Below are positions 41,400 to 55,250 of a stretch of 64,000 nucleotides of DNA, piece by piece. Position 1 is the first letter of the stretch; each line of letters begins with the position of its first letter. Source of the stretch: Camelus dromedarius. Its lineage: Eukaryota. A program made the translations under genes and the position numbers. Below the pieces are notes generated by a model. It worked only from the letters and a program-made list of their open reading frames with translations, had not been told where the DNA came from and made no database searches. The DNA is taken from assembly GCF_036321535.1 (NCBI RefSeq), contig NC_087436.1, positions 34,536,001 through 34,600,000 of the forward strand. The letters are read 5' to 3'.

Positions 41400-43900
41400 T
41401 GACCTTTTACATTGTGTCCAGTTTCTGATGGTGGAAATAGCCATGCCTTAGGGGACGAGGCATCTAGGTAACAGTGGCACCAGTGTGAGGAATGCAGGCT
41501 CGATTGAGAACTGATTCCATTCAGTCTCATCAAAGAACAGGCCATCACTGTAAGCATCCACATGTACAGCCCAGACTGTCAGATGAGCAACCAAAGTTGC
41601 CTCCTACATTTTGCAGCCATAAAGAAGATCATCTTTAATCTGCCATTTTGTAGTCTTCCAAGTAGTACAACAGATGGCCATTGGCAGCAGCTTCAGAGTT
41701 GGTAAAAATATGCCTGTTATATGTATGCACATTATGTATAACAGCATATAAAAATATAATGTGATCCACTGGAGTACTGTCTAAAGCAAGGGTCACAGCT
41801 TTCAGTTCAACCCATTGTGCTGACCAGTCTTACCGCAGTTGGTCTTCAGGGCTGTCACGCGGCGAGGTTGCAGCTCCTATCCGATGCACACTATTAGCTT
41901 TCACTGATGAATGAATTATCGGTGGACAACACTCAGGCATCTAGGAGAAATTCTGTGCATAAGGTCCTTACTGAACCAGTGGCATTTCTTTAGACAATCG
42001 AGGAGGGGATAAAGTTTCCTTAAAGGAGTAGCCACATGTACTCAGCAAAGGGTCAGGCCAGTTTCACTCTTGAATATATTGTGCCTGTTTAACCAGTAAA
42101 GCCCACTGAGTACTTTCCATTTTGTTAGTCACTGAGTTCAAGTTGATGCACCCCCAAATAAGGATGTCAGTCTAGAGGTACAAGCCTCCAAGAGTCATGG
42201 GTACAGCTTCAACAAAAGCTTAGCAGCAGGTTAAAATGTGCCTTTTTAGGAAAAAAGGGGTAGAATTGGAACCGGCATTTGGCAGGCACTGTTCTTCTGG
42301 GAAGCAGCTTCTTTGAGTACTCTTGCAACCAGTAAGTCTTTAACTAAAACTGTGATTTTCATTCCTCTTTCTCGTAGTTCGTTTTGTTTCTACTTGACCA
42401 GCTAGGAGGGGCGAGGGAGGAGGGTTAAACGGGAGAGGAGATGTGATTGATTTGTCCCACTATCATTGTTCCCCCATGGCGGTCTTTGAAAAGGAGAATT
42501 CTCTGTAACCCTGATGGGACAGGACGTAGCCGTGTGTAACACTTGAATTCAACAGTCCATGCAGATGTCAGAGCCCCTGCAGCAGTGAATTGAGTCAGCT
42601 GGAAGCACCCATCCACAAGGTCATTTTAACATCTCTGCCCCACAGTGACTTTCTCCCTCACTCTGTTGGTTGAATTCAGTTTCCTCCTCTGCCTAACAGA
42701 GTGGGTAGGAAGTGATTTTGACACATGGGTCAAATAAGACACTGAGGCCCGCCCCTCTCCGAAGCTCCCCAACATACTCAGACAAGTACAATTAGCTTTT
42801 GCTCCCTTTAGAGGAGAGGTCTAAGATCCTGGCCCCAACCCTAATAATGATCTTTCTCCTAAAAACAGCTGAGGTCAAAGCAGAAGGAGAGAGGAGGGAT
42901 CAGGGGCTACTGTGTGAAGGAGTAGCTCCATGCTCATAGGCAGGACACTTTTCATTTACTTTTGGTTCTGAGAGGCATGACAGCAGATCACAACCCAACC
43001 ACAGAGACCCCTGTATCTTCGGTTCACCTGAGCTTCTTGTCACTGATACAATTTCTCAGTTTTGAGGACCGAGACTTACCATCCTTAGCTGCCTCGTCTA
43101 CCTGCTGGGGCCATAGGGCTCGCTGCCCCGTTGCAGTATTTCTTCCTGCTCCTACTCAGAGGAGAGCGAACAACCACTGGATTCCATCTGGGTAGCTTGT
43201 TGCTTCAATTCTACTTGTCGCTGCTCAGTCTCATTAGCAGTTGGAAGACTACCGTCTTCTCCTTTTCCCACCACTTGGGTGGAAGCATTCTCTGTCAGAT
43301 CTTAGGGTGTCTCCTCCTAACTCTGAACTTTGTTTGTGGGGCCTTGTACCTCCTCTTTCAGAAAGTCATCTTAGTCAGGATCCCATCCTCGTTGTGCAAA
43401 CTTTTGCCTCTGAGATTTAATTTTAATTTATCCTTACAAGCTAAAAATTTAGCCTGTCATTGTTTTTTGGATGCCAGGCCGGAGACAAAGGAATGTGTTA
43501 CTCATAGCACAGCAAGTGGCATGAGCATCAGCGTATCTGCTTCCGTTCCTCTTGTTCCGAAGTCTGCTGAGGGTGATGAGGGGACAGATGACACATTTAA
43601 CAATGGGGGCTGTATTATAGAAGAACACTGAGATTGGGGAATATAGTTCTTTTATAGCAGGCAGTAAGGAATGTTTCTCTTTGTCCCAGTGGGATATATA
43701 ACTCATCCCTCAAGGTTGCTCTCTGAAAAGACAATCCTGAAAAATGACTCAGGGCTCTGTGCTTTGGGGACATTAAGCAACAATAGAAGACCAAGCTACC
43801 CATGGAAGACTGTCTTCCAACACTACAGAAAAAATAAAAGTGATCAAAGTAAAACCTGGTTCTCATCATCATGATGACCTTGGACTATATTTTCATTAGC
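41400..43900 (-). mobile_element. Degenerate ERVL-type internal region containing an RNase H remnant
   Basis: Minus-strand translation of about 41500-41830 gives SAQWVELKAVTLALD...IFTNSEAAANG...TWKTTKWQIKDDLLYGCKM*E...VWAVHVDAY...ETEWNQ, matching ERVL RNase H motifs (SAQWAEL, YTDSWAVANG, WK..DWKI, HVDAH). Stops and frameshifts present. Right boundary approximate. Confidence 0.75.
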
Positions 43901-44659
43901 CTCCAATTTTTCTTTCTCCATTGCTTGATGCACATATTAACATTATCGAAGTAAGTTTTCTTTTCATTAGAGAATAAATATCTTCTTGTTTATGGAGCAA
44001 TATTTGGGACTGCTCTGTTTGATCTCAGTGAACTTGTGCAGAGGAAAAGTAAACCTGCTTGATACAGAGAGAAAGAGGATACATTAAATATTAAAATTTG
44101 AATCCAATCCCTTAGGAACAGTGGCTAAACTAGGAAGGCAGGCACATGCTTTTGAATAGACATATTTCTCAAGGCTTTTATAATAGAGCCACATCTTTTT
44201 AAAATGATGAAGGTGGCATTAATCCCAGTTATGTCTGACACTGTCTCTCTCCAGTCCATTCATGCTACTTCACAAAGAAAGGAAACCAAGTGATAGGTTC
44301 AAGACCTGTGAGTAAGAAATGTAATAAGCCTCAATCTCTCTCTTCATGAAAAGCCTATCTGTACGAGGACTATGCAGATAAGTTTAAGTTCCATTGAAAC
44401 AAAGTTGGAAACAAAAATAAAATAGAAAGTCATTTAAAAGTTTAGCAGATTAAAATATTGGTGGGTTCTCTATCCTACACTGTAGCTATGCCAGTACCTC
44501 AAATGGAACACTGACAAGATCAGAAAAAGTTTTCTCAAACAAAGCTGACTATGTGCCTGAGATATTTCAGATATTTTACTGGGGTAGTAAGCTGTTGTTT
44601 CATTCCAAAAGATACACCAAGAATACTATGAAATAAAGCAGTGTCTCTTTTTAACATAT

Positions 44660-44970
44660 AATCATGTACCATAATATAAAAATTATGTAATTGTAATGTG
44701 TAAACTATGATATATAATAAATAATTATGTTATAATCATATTAAACATATAATAAATGCATACTATAACATATTAACAATTTATATATAAATATGTGAGC
44801 TAGTTGCCATATAAGCTTTTTATAATTTATAGTACAATAATATATTTGATATATAATAATATATTATATTATATGATACATAATATATAATATAACAAAA
44901 CTTGTATATAAAAATTTATATACTTTAATATATTGTGGCAATTAATAATATGTAAATTGTTAAAATATAT
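44660..44970. repeat. AT-rich low-complexity (TA/TAA) tract
   Basis: Almost entirely A/T with degenerate tata/taat units. Confidence 0.8.
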
Positions 44971-46812
44971 AAGCCATCTAATGCCATTTTAATATAGAAA
45001 CTATTTAATCTGCAAGTGATTGAAATACTCACTTTTTCTGAATTCTAGTAACATGGTTAAATCTACACTGCATTTTGTTTTTCTGCTCAAAACAAAAGAG
45101 GAGAATTCCAAATGTTTCAGTTCTCTTAATTGCATCATTCTGAACGTAAAAATCACTGAGATATTTTGAATTAAAAAGAAGCATGTTATTAAAAATTAAA
45201 ATAAATAGAAAATAGTTTGAGAACTAGAAAATATCAAATTGTATGTGTTTCTTCACAAAAGGAGCCCTCAGATTTTCACCCACAATCTATTTTCTTTTAC
45301 TCTAACAGTTTAAAAATATAGATACCTGATTTCTATGGGGAAAAATATCAATGTTGAAAACTGAAGTGGGGAAATAGTTTACTACTGACAAACAAACAAT
45401 AGAAGGAAGTGATGTATGACAAATGAACAATGATATGGAAATAGAAGAAAATAGATAATCAGGTAGATGAATCCAAAGAACTAGAAAACTGTCTCTGCCA
45501 TTTTCACGTGGTAGTATCATTCTTTACAACCAAGAGACTAGCATGAAGAAATGATGGAGAAAGAGCTTACCTTTGTCAGATTAACCAAAGTCACATCACA
45601 GATCAGGGGATGACAACCTTCTCCCCACATCCTCACATTTGGGTGACTCATGTAAGTACAGTGTCCCATAGTCCAGCACCCTTGCAGTGAAGACATCTGC
45701 TAAATTACGTACATCACGCAAACATTCCATTTAAGAAGTTAGGTAGTGTGCTGCACTTTTTAAAAGTGATTCTATTCAAAATGCTTACAATTAAAAAGCA
45801 AATTAAATGTCTAAAGTGAAAGATCATTAGCTATTTAGAAATAAAAAGATAAACAGAGGATATTTACAAACAATGCTTTACTTTATCTTAACACCCTTGC
45901 CAGTTTTCAAGTGGAAATTTTACAAAGAACATTGCATATGCCTGATTTCAGGCCACATTTAAGGAAATAAGGAATAAGTTCCAGTCCTTGTAACAGAGGG
46001 TTTGACTAACAGCTTAGCTCTTCAACCTTCAGCAAATTCTAAATTACTCTGTGCTTAACTCTACTTGCCTGTGTGGTGCCTCATTAACTAATTGGACCTC
46101 TTTTATGGGAAGAAAAAAGGGTCAAGTATTACAAAATATACCTATTTCCTCTGTCTGTATTCTGACACTGTTTAAGCTACAGAGACATCTATTCTTAGCT
46201 GAACAAGAAATCAATCTTTCGCTTGTTCTCAGCTGTATTCCCACTTTCATGGTCTGACACATAGAAGGTATGACAATAACTGTGTCCGGTTGTCTATCTG
46301 CCTGGTCTCTCTTTCCCCCATTCCCTGTAGCCGTCCTCATCCAAAATCACCATCGCTGCTTTGTGAGTCTGTCTCAGGCCATTGTCTCTCTCTTACCTTA
46401 GTTAAGCAGGTTTTGCTGGTTGTCCTCGGGAATGTGGTGTGGCTAGTGTTCTCTTGAAGCTTAATTACTCATCTCACGCCAGAGAATTCGGATGAGTTTT
46501 ATCAAAACTATCTCACTATCGTCATCACAAAGTCACTATTTTATAAATACTAAGTTGATAAATATCAGCACTTATGATTTTCATTTCAGTTTTTATTTTC
46601 CCAGTCATAAGTACCCTCAAAATAATGTTTACATTTGATCAATTCTTCAGTTTATCTAAGTATCGTTGAAAATAATTTTCTAAGTAAAAGATTGAGTTTG
46701 GCATTCTTAACATACAAAAGCAATTGTGTAATAAAGAAAAATATGTTTAACATAAAACAATAGATGCAGTGTGATAAAGGTCCAGAACATGTAAACGGAA
46801 CATTAGTGTAGG

Positions 46813-46948
46813 CGGGGTCAGGTTCAAGTTCACATGACCTGTGCAGCCACACAGGTTTACTGCTCTGCTCTCTCTGTGTTGAAATTCTCATTGATTTTGA
46901 TTATTTTCATTTTGCACTTAGCCCTGCAGATTATGTAGCAATTTCTGA
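46813..46948 (+). mobile_element. MER91-like hAT-Tip100 MITE
   Basis: catgacctgtgcagccacacagg...tgctctgct...ttgaaattct...ttttcattttgcacttagccctgcagattatgtagc matches the recalled MER91 consensus. Confidence 0.75.
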
Positions 46949-47329
46949 ATACAGGAGAAGACAATTTACTGGTTTACTATAGATCAGTAAAAAAAAATCT
47001 AAATCATATACACACATATAACTTGTGCCTTGAATGTGTATCAAATTTTTACCACAATTCCTATTTTAGAGATCTGAATTTTCACTTGAACTTGGAAGAC
47101 AGAGTTGTTCTGTCATTTTTTCACTTACAGTACAATTTGTAATTGTGGAAATAAGCTAACACTTCAGGTTTTGCCTGATCAACATAAAAATGATTTTGTC
47201 AGAAACAATCATTTTGTGACAAACCAGAACTTAGAAAACAAAGTGGAGAATATACTACTGTATGTAAGGGAAAGGGTAGGTTTTGGTTTAGATTTACCAA
47301 GGCCTTCCTTACCTTTTAGTTGAAAGGAT

Positions 47330-47658
47330 TTATTCTTTACTTTTATTTTTTTATTGAAGTACAGTCAGTTTACAATGTGTCAATTTCTGGTGTGCATAAT
47401 GTTTCAGTCATACATATACATACATACATTCATTTTCATACTCTTTTTCATTATAGGTTACTACAAGATATTGAATATAGTTCCTTGTGCCATACAGAAA
47501 AAACTTGTTTATCTATTTTATATACAGTAGTTAGTATCTGCAAATCTCGAACTCCCAATTCATCCCTTCCCACTCCCTTTATCCACTGGTAACCACAAGT
47601 TTGTTCTCTATGTCTGTGAGTCTGTTTCTGCTTTGTAAATAAGTTCATTTGTGTCGGT
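47330..47658 (-). mobile_element. Young 5'-truncated L1 3' end (camelid/cetartiodactyl type)
   Basis: T-rich tail then ttattgaagtacagtcagtttacaatg...ctacaagatattgaatatagttcc...ggtaaccacaagtttgttctctatgtctgtgagtctg. 16-bp TSD ttttagtt(g/t)aaaggat at 47314-47329 and 47659-47674. Confidence 0.9.
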
Positions 47659-47789
47659 TTTTAGTTTAAAGGATGTTTTACTTTAGTTTGTGGGGCTCAG
47701 TGAATGTCATTCTCATTTGGATTAATTCATATTTGTGCCCTACCAATGGTCCCTGGGACAAAAGTGAACAAAGGGATAGGATACAGAAT

Positions 47790-48530
47790 ATGTGAAGAAT
47801 TCAACAAACCAATGAAAAATGGCAAATAATTTGACAGAAAAACAGACAAATGATGTGGACAGACAATTTGGAGAACAGCTAGTAAACTTGAAACTACTCA
47901 ATTCCACTGGTGGCTGGAGTCATGCAGTGAAATTGCATTTTATTCCCATCAAATACAACAAACTTACAGTGTCTGAGAATACAACTTCTCAGGCAAATTA
48001 GCACACTGTTTGGTGGGAGTGAAAACTGGTACAACCACTTCAGAGAGCAATTAAGAAAACTGACAAATAAACTATTAAATGCCTATGATGGGATATTATA
48101 TAGCAGTTAAAATAAAAAAAATTAAAGTAACATCAATCAATAAGAATTCCTTTTTTTAAAGTAGTCTTAAATATAAAAAACAAATTGCAAAATATACAGT
48201 GTAATAAAATTATGAAATTTTAAGGAAAAATGCAATGTTATTTCCAGTTTGTGAATACCTGACACATATCATGCAAATACAAACATATGAACAGGAATCA
48301 TACCAGAATGGGGGCAAAGACACATCTTGGAAGAGAGGGAGGATCAATGAAGGGCACAAAGAGGGATTCAACTTTTATCTGCAAATTTTATTTCAAAACC
48401 CATTGCAAAAACATATGGCAAAATGTCGACTGCCTAAGTTAGGAGAGCAAGATTAAATAGGCATTCATTATCTTATTATTTTCAGTATGTTTGACATCTT
48501 TTGTTTAAAACAAATTGAAAAAAAAAAAGG
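47790..48530 (+). mobile_element. Ancient L1ME-like 3' fragment
   Basis: cacactgtttggtgggagtgaaaactggtacaaccacttcagagagcaatt and atgggatattatatagcagttaaaata. Confidence 0.7.
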
Positions 48531-50649
48531 ATCAAGAAGGCAGAGTTTGGTAAATGAACAAATTTTGCACACACCATATCCAATAGCCCCTCCTCACAAT
48601 GAACAATTTGAATGGAAGGAAACGAGGCAGCTGTTGGAAGCAGAATCTGTTTGTTGTACAGTGTGAATTACCTGGGGCTTTTACTTGAGTTTTGCCTCAT
48701 TAGCAGTTATCTCTATCACTGATTATAAAGACTAAGTGTCCACACAAAATTATGTGCAATTAAAACAGAAGCATAGATGCCAGAGATAGGGCCATTCCTT
48801 GGAAACTGAACCTTTGTGTGTGTGTTGGGTGCTCGGAAAAGGGAGGAGGCAGCTGCATTCTGGGAAGCACAGGGCTCACAGGCATCTCATCAGCTTGCCG
48901 TACACTTTCTCTCACTGCTCATTTCCTCTAAAATTCAGTTGCCCAGGTTTGCCTTGAAAGGGGGAAAATCATCTATAATTCTTTATGACAATTCCACTCC
49001 AGCTACGCCATGAGCTGTTTCAGTGGATCGGGGATACGTCGAGGGCAAGTAGAAGAGGTGGCTAGCAGTTCCTTGGAGGTGCTCACACCCTCTCTGAAGC
49101 TGCCGTGCACGTGGCTTTCCAGGTGAAGGTTTGCCGTGTCACAGATGCTGGGGATGACATGCGCTGGGGACCGCAGTGACTGTGTGCACATTTGATGACA
49201 GGTGATTATACGCGTGTTCACATAAAGTGAGTCAGGAAGAAATCTTTGAGATTAATTTCCACCGTCAGCAGCTTTAGAGATGAGATCTATCCCATTACAT
49301 CTGCTTCTGTTCTAATTTAGGACAGTCTCAGAGGAAATTTTATCTGATGGGAGGGGACTGTTTTTAAATATAGATATGCAATTTCAGAATATTTAAAATG
49401 AAAAGGCCCCAAGTTGCTACAGTTTCATCCACATACACGTGTAAACAGACATTGATAATTTTGCATTTAGAAATTTATTTTCTTCCATGTTTAAATGTTT
49501 CCTTCCCTTAGTTACTGGGTGTCATATGTAAAATAACTGCCCATGGTAGAGGCTGTGAGGCTGTGAGGCTGTATTTTGCTATAACAGGTAATGGCCTGCT
49601 GTTTAAAACACGTGGAGACAATGTTAATGGTAAAAAGACTGCTGTCTGAGGGCGGAGTGGGGATCTTCTGGTATTCAACCATCATTCCATCGAACAATTA
49701 TTTTCAACAGTAAGTGCTTCTTGAGTCCATTAGGGATTATTGCTTATGGTAGATGGCTGTGATCTAAAATGACAGATTGCTTTCTTTTCAAACAAATAGA
49801 TACCCAGTGATAACGAAGTATGCAAGAGATGTAATTATGGTCCTATCCTTAATTTAGGTTTACAATTTTAATTGTCCAAGGTGATTTGATCCACTCTGGC
49901 CAAAACTAACCAATGTTTCTTAAAAAAGAAAATATGACTTAACAAACATTGTGCAAATACTGGCTTAGGTGCACTTTCCTTTGGGAGAGAAGTGAAACTG
50001 ATGTGAACATCCTGCAGTCGGAGAGCTTCATACCGCCCCCACCCCAAATTCTTTTCTGGGATTCTGGAGGATTGGGAGTCCAGTGGATAGTGGATAGTTA
50101 TTAAGGGGACTCAGCTCCCATGTCCTTAGATTTCCATAGCAGATTTCTGAGAGAGCAGTTTCTAGCCCACCTCCACCCCTCTCTCACATCCTCCTTCCCA
50201 ATAGAGAAGAAGGTGGATATTTAAAGGGATCTGGGGGACTAGGGAAGCCTCCGTCTCTCCTGAGGTCTCCCTTCCAAAGGACCTGTCATGAGAAATTCCC
50301 ATTTCTTATTTCTCTGTGCTCTAAGCTCACCAAGGATGGCTTTGCCCCAGCAGGAGGCTGGCCTACAGCTCCAGACTGGTAAATTTAAAGGGGCAGTGTC
50401 TTAGGGAAACTGATTGTGGCCACAGGTCAAGTGGATTTCTCTTTAATTCAGCTTCTTTTAGCCACAAAGCAGGTAGATTGCTCTTCAATAATCTGACTCC
50501 AGGACCAATTTTCCATTGAGTCAGAAGTCAGAGAGGAAGACATGAGTTACAGTGGCAGACCTTAGCATCTTCCCCCAACAGCAGACTTGGACAGGACAGA
50601 TGCAGCCAGGGCAGAGATTAAATTATCTAGAAAAGCCTTATTTGACTGT

Positions 50650-51110
50650 GTCTTGAGCCTCATCTCCTACCATTCCTCCACATATTCATTGGCTGAATCA
50701 TACTTTCTTTTTGGTTCCTTGGTCAAGCTCAATTTATTCCGGTCTCAGGATCTTTGCACATGCTGTTCCTGTTACCTGAAATACATCCTCAGTGATATTT
50801 GTATACCTGGTTTTCTTGCTTCATTTAAGTTCCTCTTCAAATACCTCCTTCCCAGAGGGGCTTCTTTTTCATAGATTTTCTTGTGCTAAAATAGCACAGG
50901 GCTTCCCAGCTCCTTTTCTCCTTCTCTTGCTTTATTTCTCCTTATAAGTGTGTCAATTTCAGATATTGTCATTAATATGCATTTTAATTGAATTTAATAT
51001 ATATATGTTACCTGTTTCTATTACTAGAATATTAAGCCCATGAGGAGAGGACCTGTCTCATTAGTCACTGTCGGCCCAGATCCTGGTATGTGCTTAATAA
51101 ATAAAATGAT
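50650..51110 (+). mobile_element. L2 LINE 3' fragment
   Basis: ctcaggatctttgcacatgctgttcc...ctagaatattaagcccatgaggagaggacctgtct...tgcttaataaata. Confidence 0.75.
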
Positions 51111-52344
51111 TCTTCCAATGGAATTACCTTGTTTGTCTTTCTTTTTCTTTCTTTTCTCTTTCTCTTATGCTGACAATAAACCAAAGCATACTGCTCAAAG
51201 CCAGTTTAAATCTGCTTTGAACGAACTGGTTCCTGCAGCCTCCAGCCTTTTGTAGGCTTAGCCAAAAAGGCCTCGGGTTAATGATACTTTCCAAGAAAAT
51301 GGAACATTTCCTATTTAGTAAGGTTTTTATTCCTTCTTCTTTGTTCATCCATTTTTTTGTGAGCGAAGCCATAATCAGAATCTCCCAAATCCAAAATGAT
51401 GGTCGTAGATTATATTATTAATAAATCAGAGTAAACGTGTGAACCTAGGCTGTGGGCGAGTGGAGAGGAAGGTGACCATCAGCCCGAGGACAGGTCACAG
51501 GACCAAAGGAATCCAGATCCTCTCTGCCCTTGAGCTTTATGCAGTTCCAAGGAAGATGGGGAAGTATGTGTCAGTTAATCTCATCCCACTCTCTAGTGCC
51601 TGTCACTTAGCATAAAGGCCAGTTCTTAATAATATTCAATACTCGAATAATTTTCAGCATTCTACACTGAAGACTGCCTTTTGATCTGTAGAGACCTGGA
51701 CAGCTGAAGAACTGAAAAACATTCTGCAGGGAGGACAAAAAATTTATCTTACCCACCACTGCCCAAATACTCTGCATGCTAAAGCATCGCCTGTTTTGAA
51801 TAGAGACGTTCCTGTGATCTAGACCTTTTCCTATATCTCTAGGTTGTTCAAGGTTAACCACAGCAGTCTACATACTAAGGCCAGGTGTCTTACTGAAGAT
51901 CGTGCCAGTTTAAAAAAAAATATGTTCAGCTGCAGAAGCTCAATATAAGCTGTAGCAAACTGCCAAAGGGAAAATATAGCCAAGACCACACTAACTGAAG
52001 CACTAAAGACTGACTCTTACTTCCTGGGAAGTGGAAGCTCCCACGCTGGCCACAGGAACAGACACACTCCACGTATTCTTCTGGGCCAGGAATACCTAGA
52101 CTTCTCCATTCTTCAAGGATACTGGCCGTGCATCAATACACCGGCGTATTATAGGGACAGAAAACCGACATTCCCCTATTCTCCTTTTGAGTTCTGATCC
52201 AACTCTGAGATTAGACACTGATGTAAATGAAATGGAGATCTGATGTCAACTTTATTTTGACCAGATTAAATTAAATTATAAGGCTGGAATTAGAGCCAAA
52301 ACCAGGCTTTGAATATTTCTCTAAATTAAACCTACCTCCTCCAA

Positions 52345-52790
52345 ATCTCTGTTCTGGGTAGCAGCCATGGTCTCAGGAGGATAATAGGGTCATTTAAATA
52401 AAGTCAAATATAGGAACTATTTAGAAACTTGTTGTCAAGGCATAGAAATGCTGAAAACCTGTGGGCTGGTCAACAGCAGAGCTATTTCTAGCTGTAGGCA
52501 CAAAGAAGTTTTGAAAGTCAGAAGAAGAGAGTCAGAGAGAGAGAGTTAGCATGAAAGGAGATGGGCAATCCTGCAGAAGACAGAGGGGTAAACAACTTGA
52601 ACTCAATATTCTCCCTCTATTCAATCTTCTACCATGACTCCCCATTAGCCACATCCACCCAGAAGCCAGAGGAGAAAGGATCACTTGACATAGTCCATCC
52701 AAGTCACCCTCCCAGGGTGGACACCAGGCTGAATGGAAGAGGAGAATGGAACTAGATGGAGGAGCAGGAGACATCTGGTCCACCTGGAAA
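52345..52790 (-). mobile_element. MLT1-type MaLR LTR
   Basis: ctcccattagccacatccacccagaagccagaggagaaggga...atagtccat...cagcctcc-like motifs typical of MLT1. Confidence 0.6.
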
Positions 52791-55250
52791 ATACATCACC
52801 ATGGATGAGCAGAGAATGCCTAGCGAGCACAGGTTTCTTTAAGAAAGAGAAAGAAAGGATTGAGTCACTCATACCCAGTTTTCTCCCTGATCTTTTCAGT
52901 CTTCCCTGGGGATGACGGTCCACAAATTTCCCTGTCCTGTATCTCCTGCATAGTGGGAACTGCACAGTGGAAAGTATGAGAAGTGGGGAACAGGTACGTT
53001 CTCTAACAGCTACCAGTAGACCCAAGAGGAATCACGAAGTAGAAGTGCTTGAAAATGAGAGCCTGCCTGTTTTTTACCCTTGAGTGGGACAGCTGTACTC
53101 CTGGAGTAGGCTTTGATTGTTAAGTTCCATGGGTTAAGAAAACACATATCTGGGTAATATTAGGGCAAACCTGGTCCTCTCAACAACATGTTTCCATGAG
53201 AAAATTTCCTACAGACCTTTTGTTCTCTTCCTAAACAGAGAGAAATCATTCATCTTAAGAAACCAGGGAAAAGAAAGCAGATAAGGAAGACTCCATCTAG
53301 GTTCTCCCTTTGAAAATGTCCTGCACTCGGGACACATCTTTTCTCTGCCCTCAAGAAGGTAAGCTTCTAGAGGAAAGCACGGCCGCAGCAAGGGGGAGGC
53401 CCACACTTGTGAGCAGAAGGGAAGGCAGTAGGAAGCAGTGTTCTGGCCACAGGACAAGGTAAGTTCCCCAGTCCAGCTAATCCAGCTATCAAATATATAA
53501 AGCAGTACCAGCATTTTAATTTCCTTCTGTCTGACATTTGTATCTATTTCTCCACTGGTTGAGAACTTGGAGATGAAGAGATCAGTGTTATTCATTATCC
53601 ATCTCCTACCAGCAAATATTTCCTAGCCAATCCTGGGGCTGACTTTCAGCTTCCAGTGTTTTTTTGTTTTGTTTGTTTTTTTGTTTTTTGCACCAGTCTG
53701 TAGAATTATCCTTGTTCAACATTATGTCACCCTAGATGTACTGTGTAGTCAACTGCTCTTCTTGACTCATAGTTAAGGGCAGAGATGTAGACACCTACAC
53801 AAAGTCATTGTGTATGTATGTATGGGAGCGTTTACTGATGACTTATGGAGAAGGAAGGAGTTACAGCTCAAAAGCATCAATTAGAATTAAATACTACACT
53901 TAACATGTTAAATATATTAGTTGTATATTCAAGTCACTATTCCTAAACAATCCTTCAGCCATTTTCAGCCATACATATCTATATTTTCATAAATATTATA
54001 TTGGTATTTTTATGCATCTATATAGGGCCATCTTTTCTTTAAAGTTCTGTGTTCCCTTTTATTTCTTCCTTAAACCAATTCTTTGCATTTTGTTTTATAT
54101 AGCAGCTTGGCAGTTGCTTTATTGTGCCCTTCCTTTTTATATTCTGTCTTTGGACCTGTTTTTCAGTATCTAGTTGGACCATCAAATATTTCCTTCAGGA
54201 AGTCTATGCCTTCATAAAGAGAATTCTGGTGCCAGCTTTTAACTGTTAAGTATGCTAAAAAAATTATTTTGCTATTAAGTCTTTGAAATTCTACTAGGTG
54301 TCAGGCTATTAGGTGTGGTGCTCACAGCCCCTCTGTGAACAAGCCTCAGTTTACAGATTGCTCAATAATTTATCCAAGACCCTGAAACTCATAAGTGATA
54401 CATTTGGAATTTGAAAAATAGTCATTCCTAGGTTTTATAGCTTAATGGGTTAATATGATAGTTTAGTACAAAAATCAAGCAGCATTATTTAGCTATGGCA
54501 TATACCTGATGCCCCAAAATTAAAAAATGTAGTTCAGAGTCTCATAAATTTAAAAATAATAATATTGCAGACCCAAGTATCAGATTTGCTACCTAAGTGC
54601 AAGGCCTTTGAGTACTGAAGCTTTATTTTAAGTAGGAAATTATAGTCAATTCAGTTTCTTACTTTTCTAGTGTTAACTCCTAAAATCTTGGTAATCAATC
54701 ATTGAATGAGCATTTTCATAAAAATTGTATATATTGACCATTTCCAAATGAGTTATAGAGACTCTAAATTTCAAACCTAGGTAGTATCAAATATTAAATA
54801 ACACAGTTTTTATTTTCAGTTTTTTGGAGGAAATTTTCTTGTAGAGAATCTGTCCTATCTATATCTGCATGAAAGGACTTTAAATGAAAACCTACAAATA
54901 ATTTTAAAACTTTGAGTTTAATACAATTAACAAAAGTCTTAAAAAGGCCTTAAAGATGACAAGGTACTTACCAAACATTTTTCAAGATGTCAAAAATCTT
55001 TAGTGACTCTTGTATACTATTCTTACTTTTTTCCCCACAACAGTGTAATCCAAAACTGAAGGAATTGCTTTGTGTCTAATTATGAAATCAGGCTTGATTT
55101 ACTTTAACATCCTCTCACTGTTTTAGATGGAATGACATCTGGTGCTCACACACTACATTGCTATGAACTAGGTGCTTTTTTTTTTTTTTTATGGATTTAA
55201 GGTTTGACAATATTTGAAAAATAAAATGACTACCAATAAAAACCTTCATG

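Noticed and set aside
43131..43631. Longest ORF (166 aa)
   Set aside because: TTG start, antisense to the degenerate ERVL internal region, no recognisable domain.
45555..45580. Minus-strand splice donor (AAAG/GTAAGC); another near 52020
   Set aside because: No convincing paired acceptor or coding frame; such motifs occur by chance.
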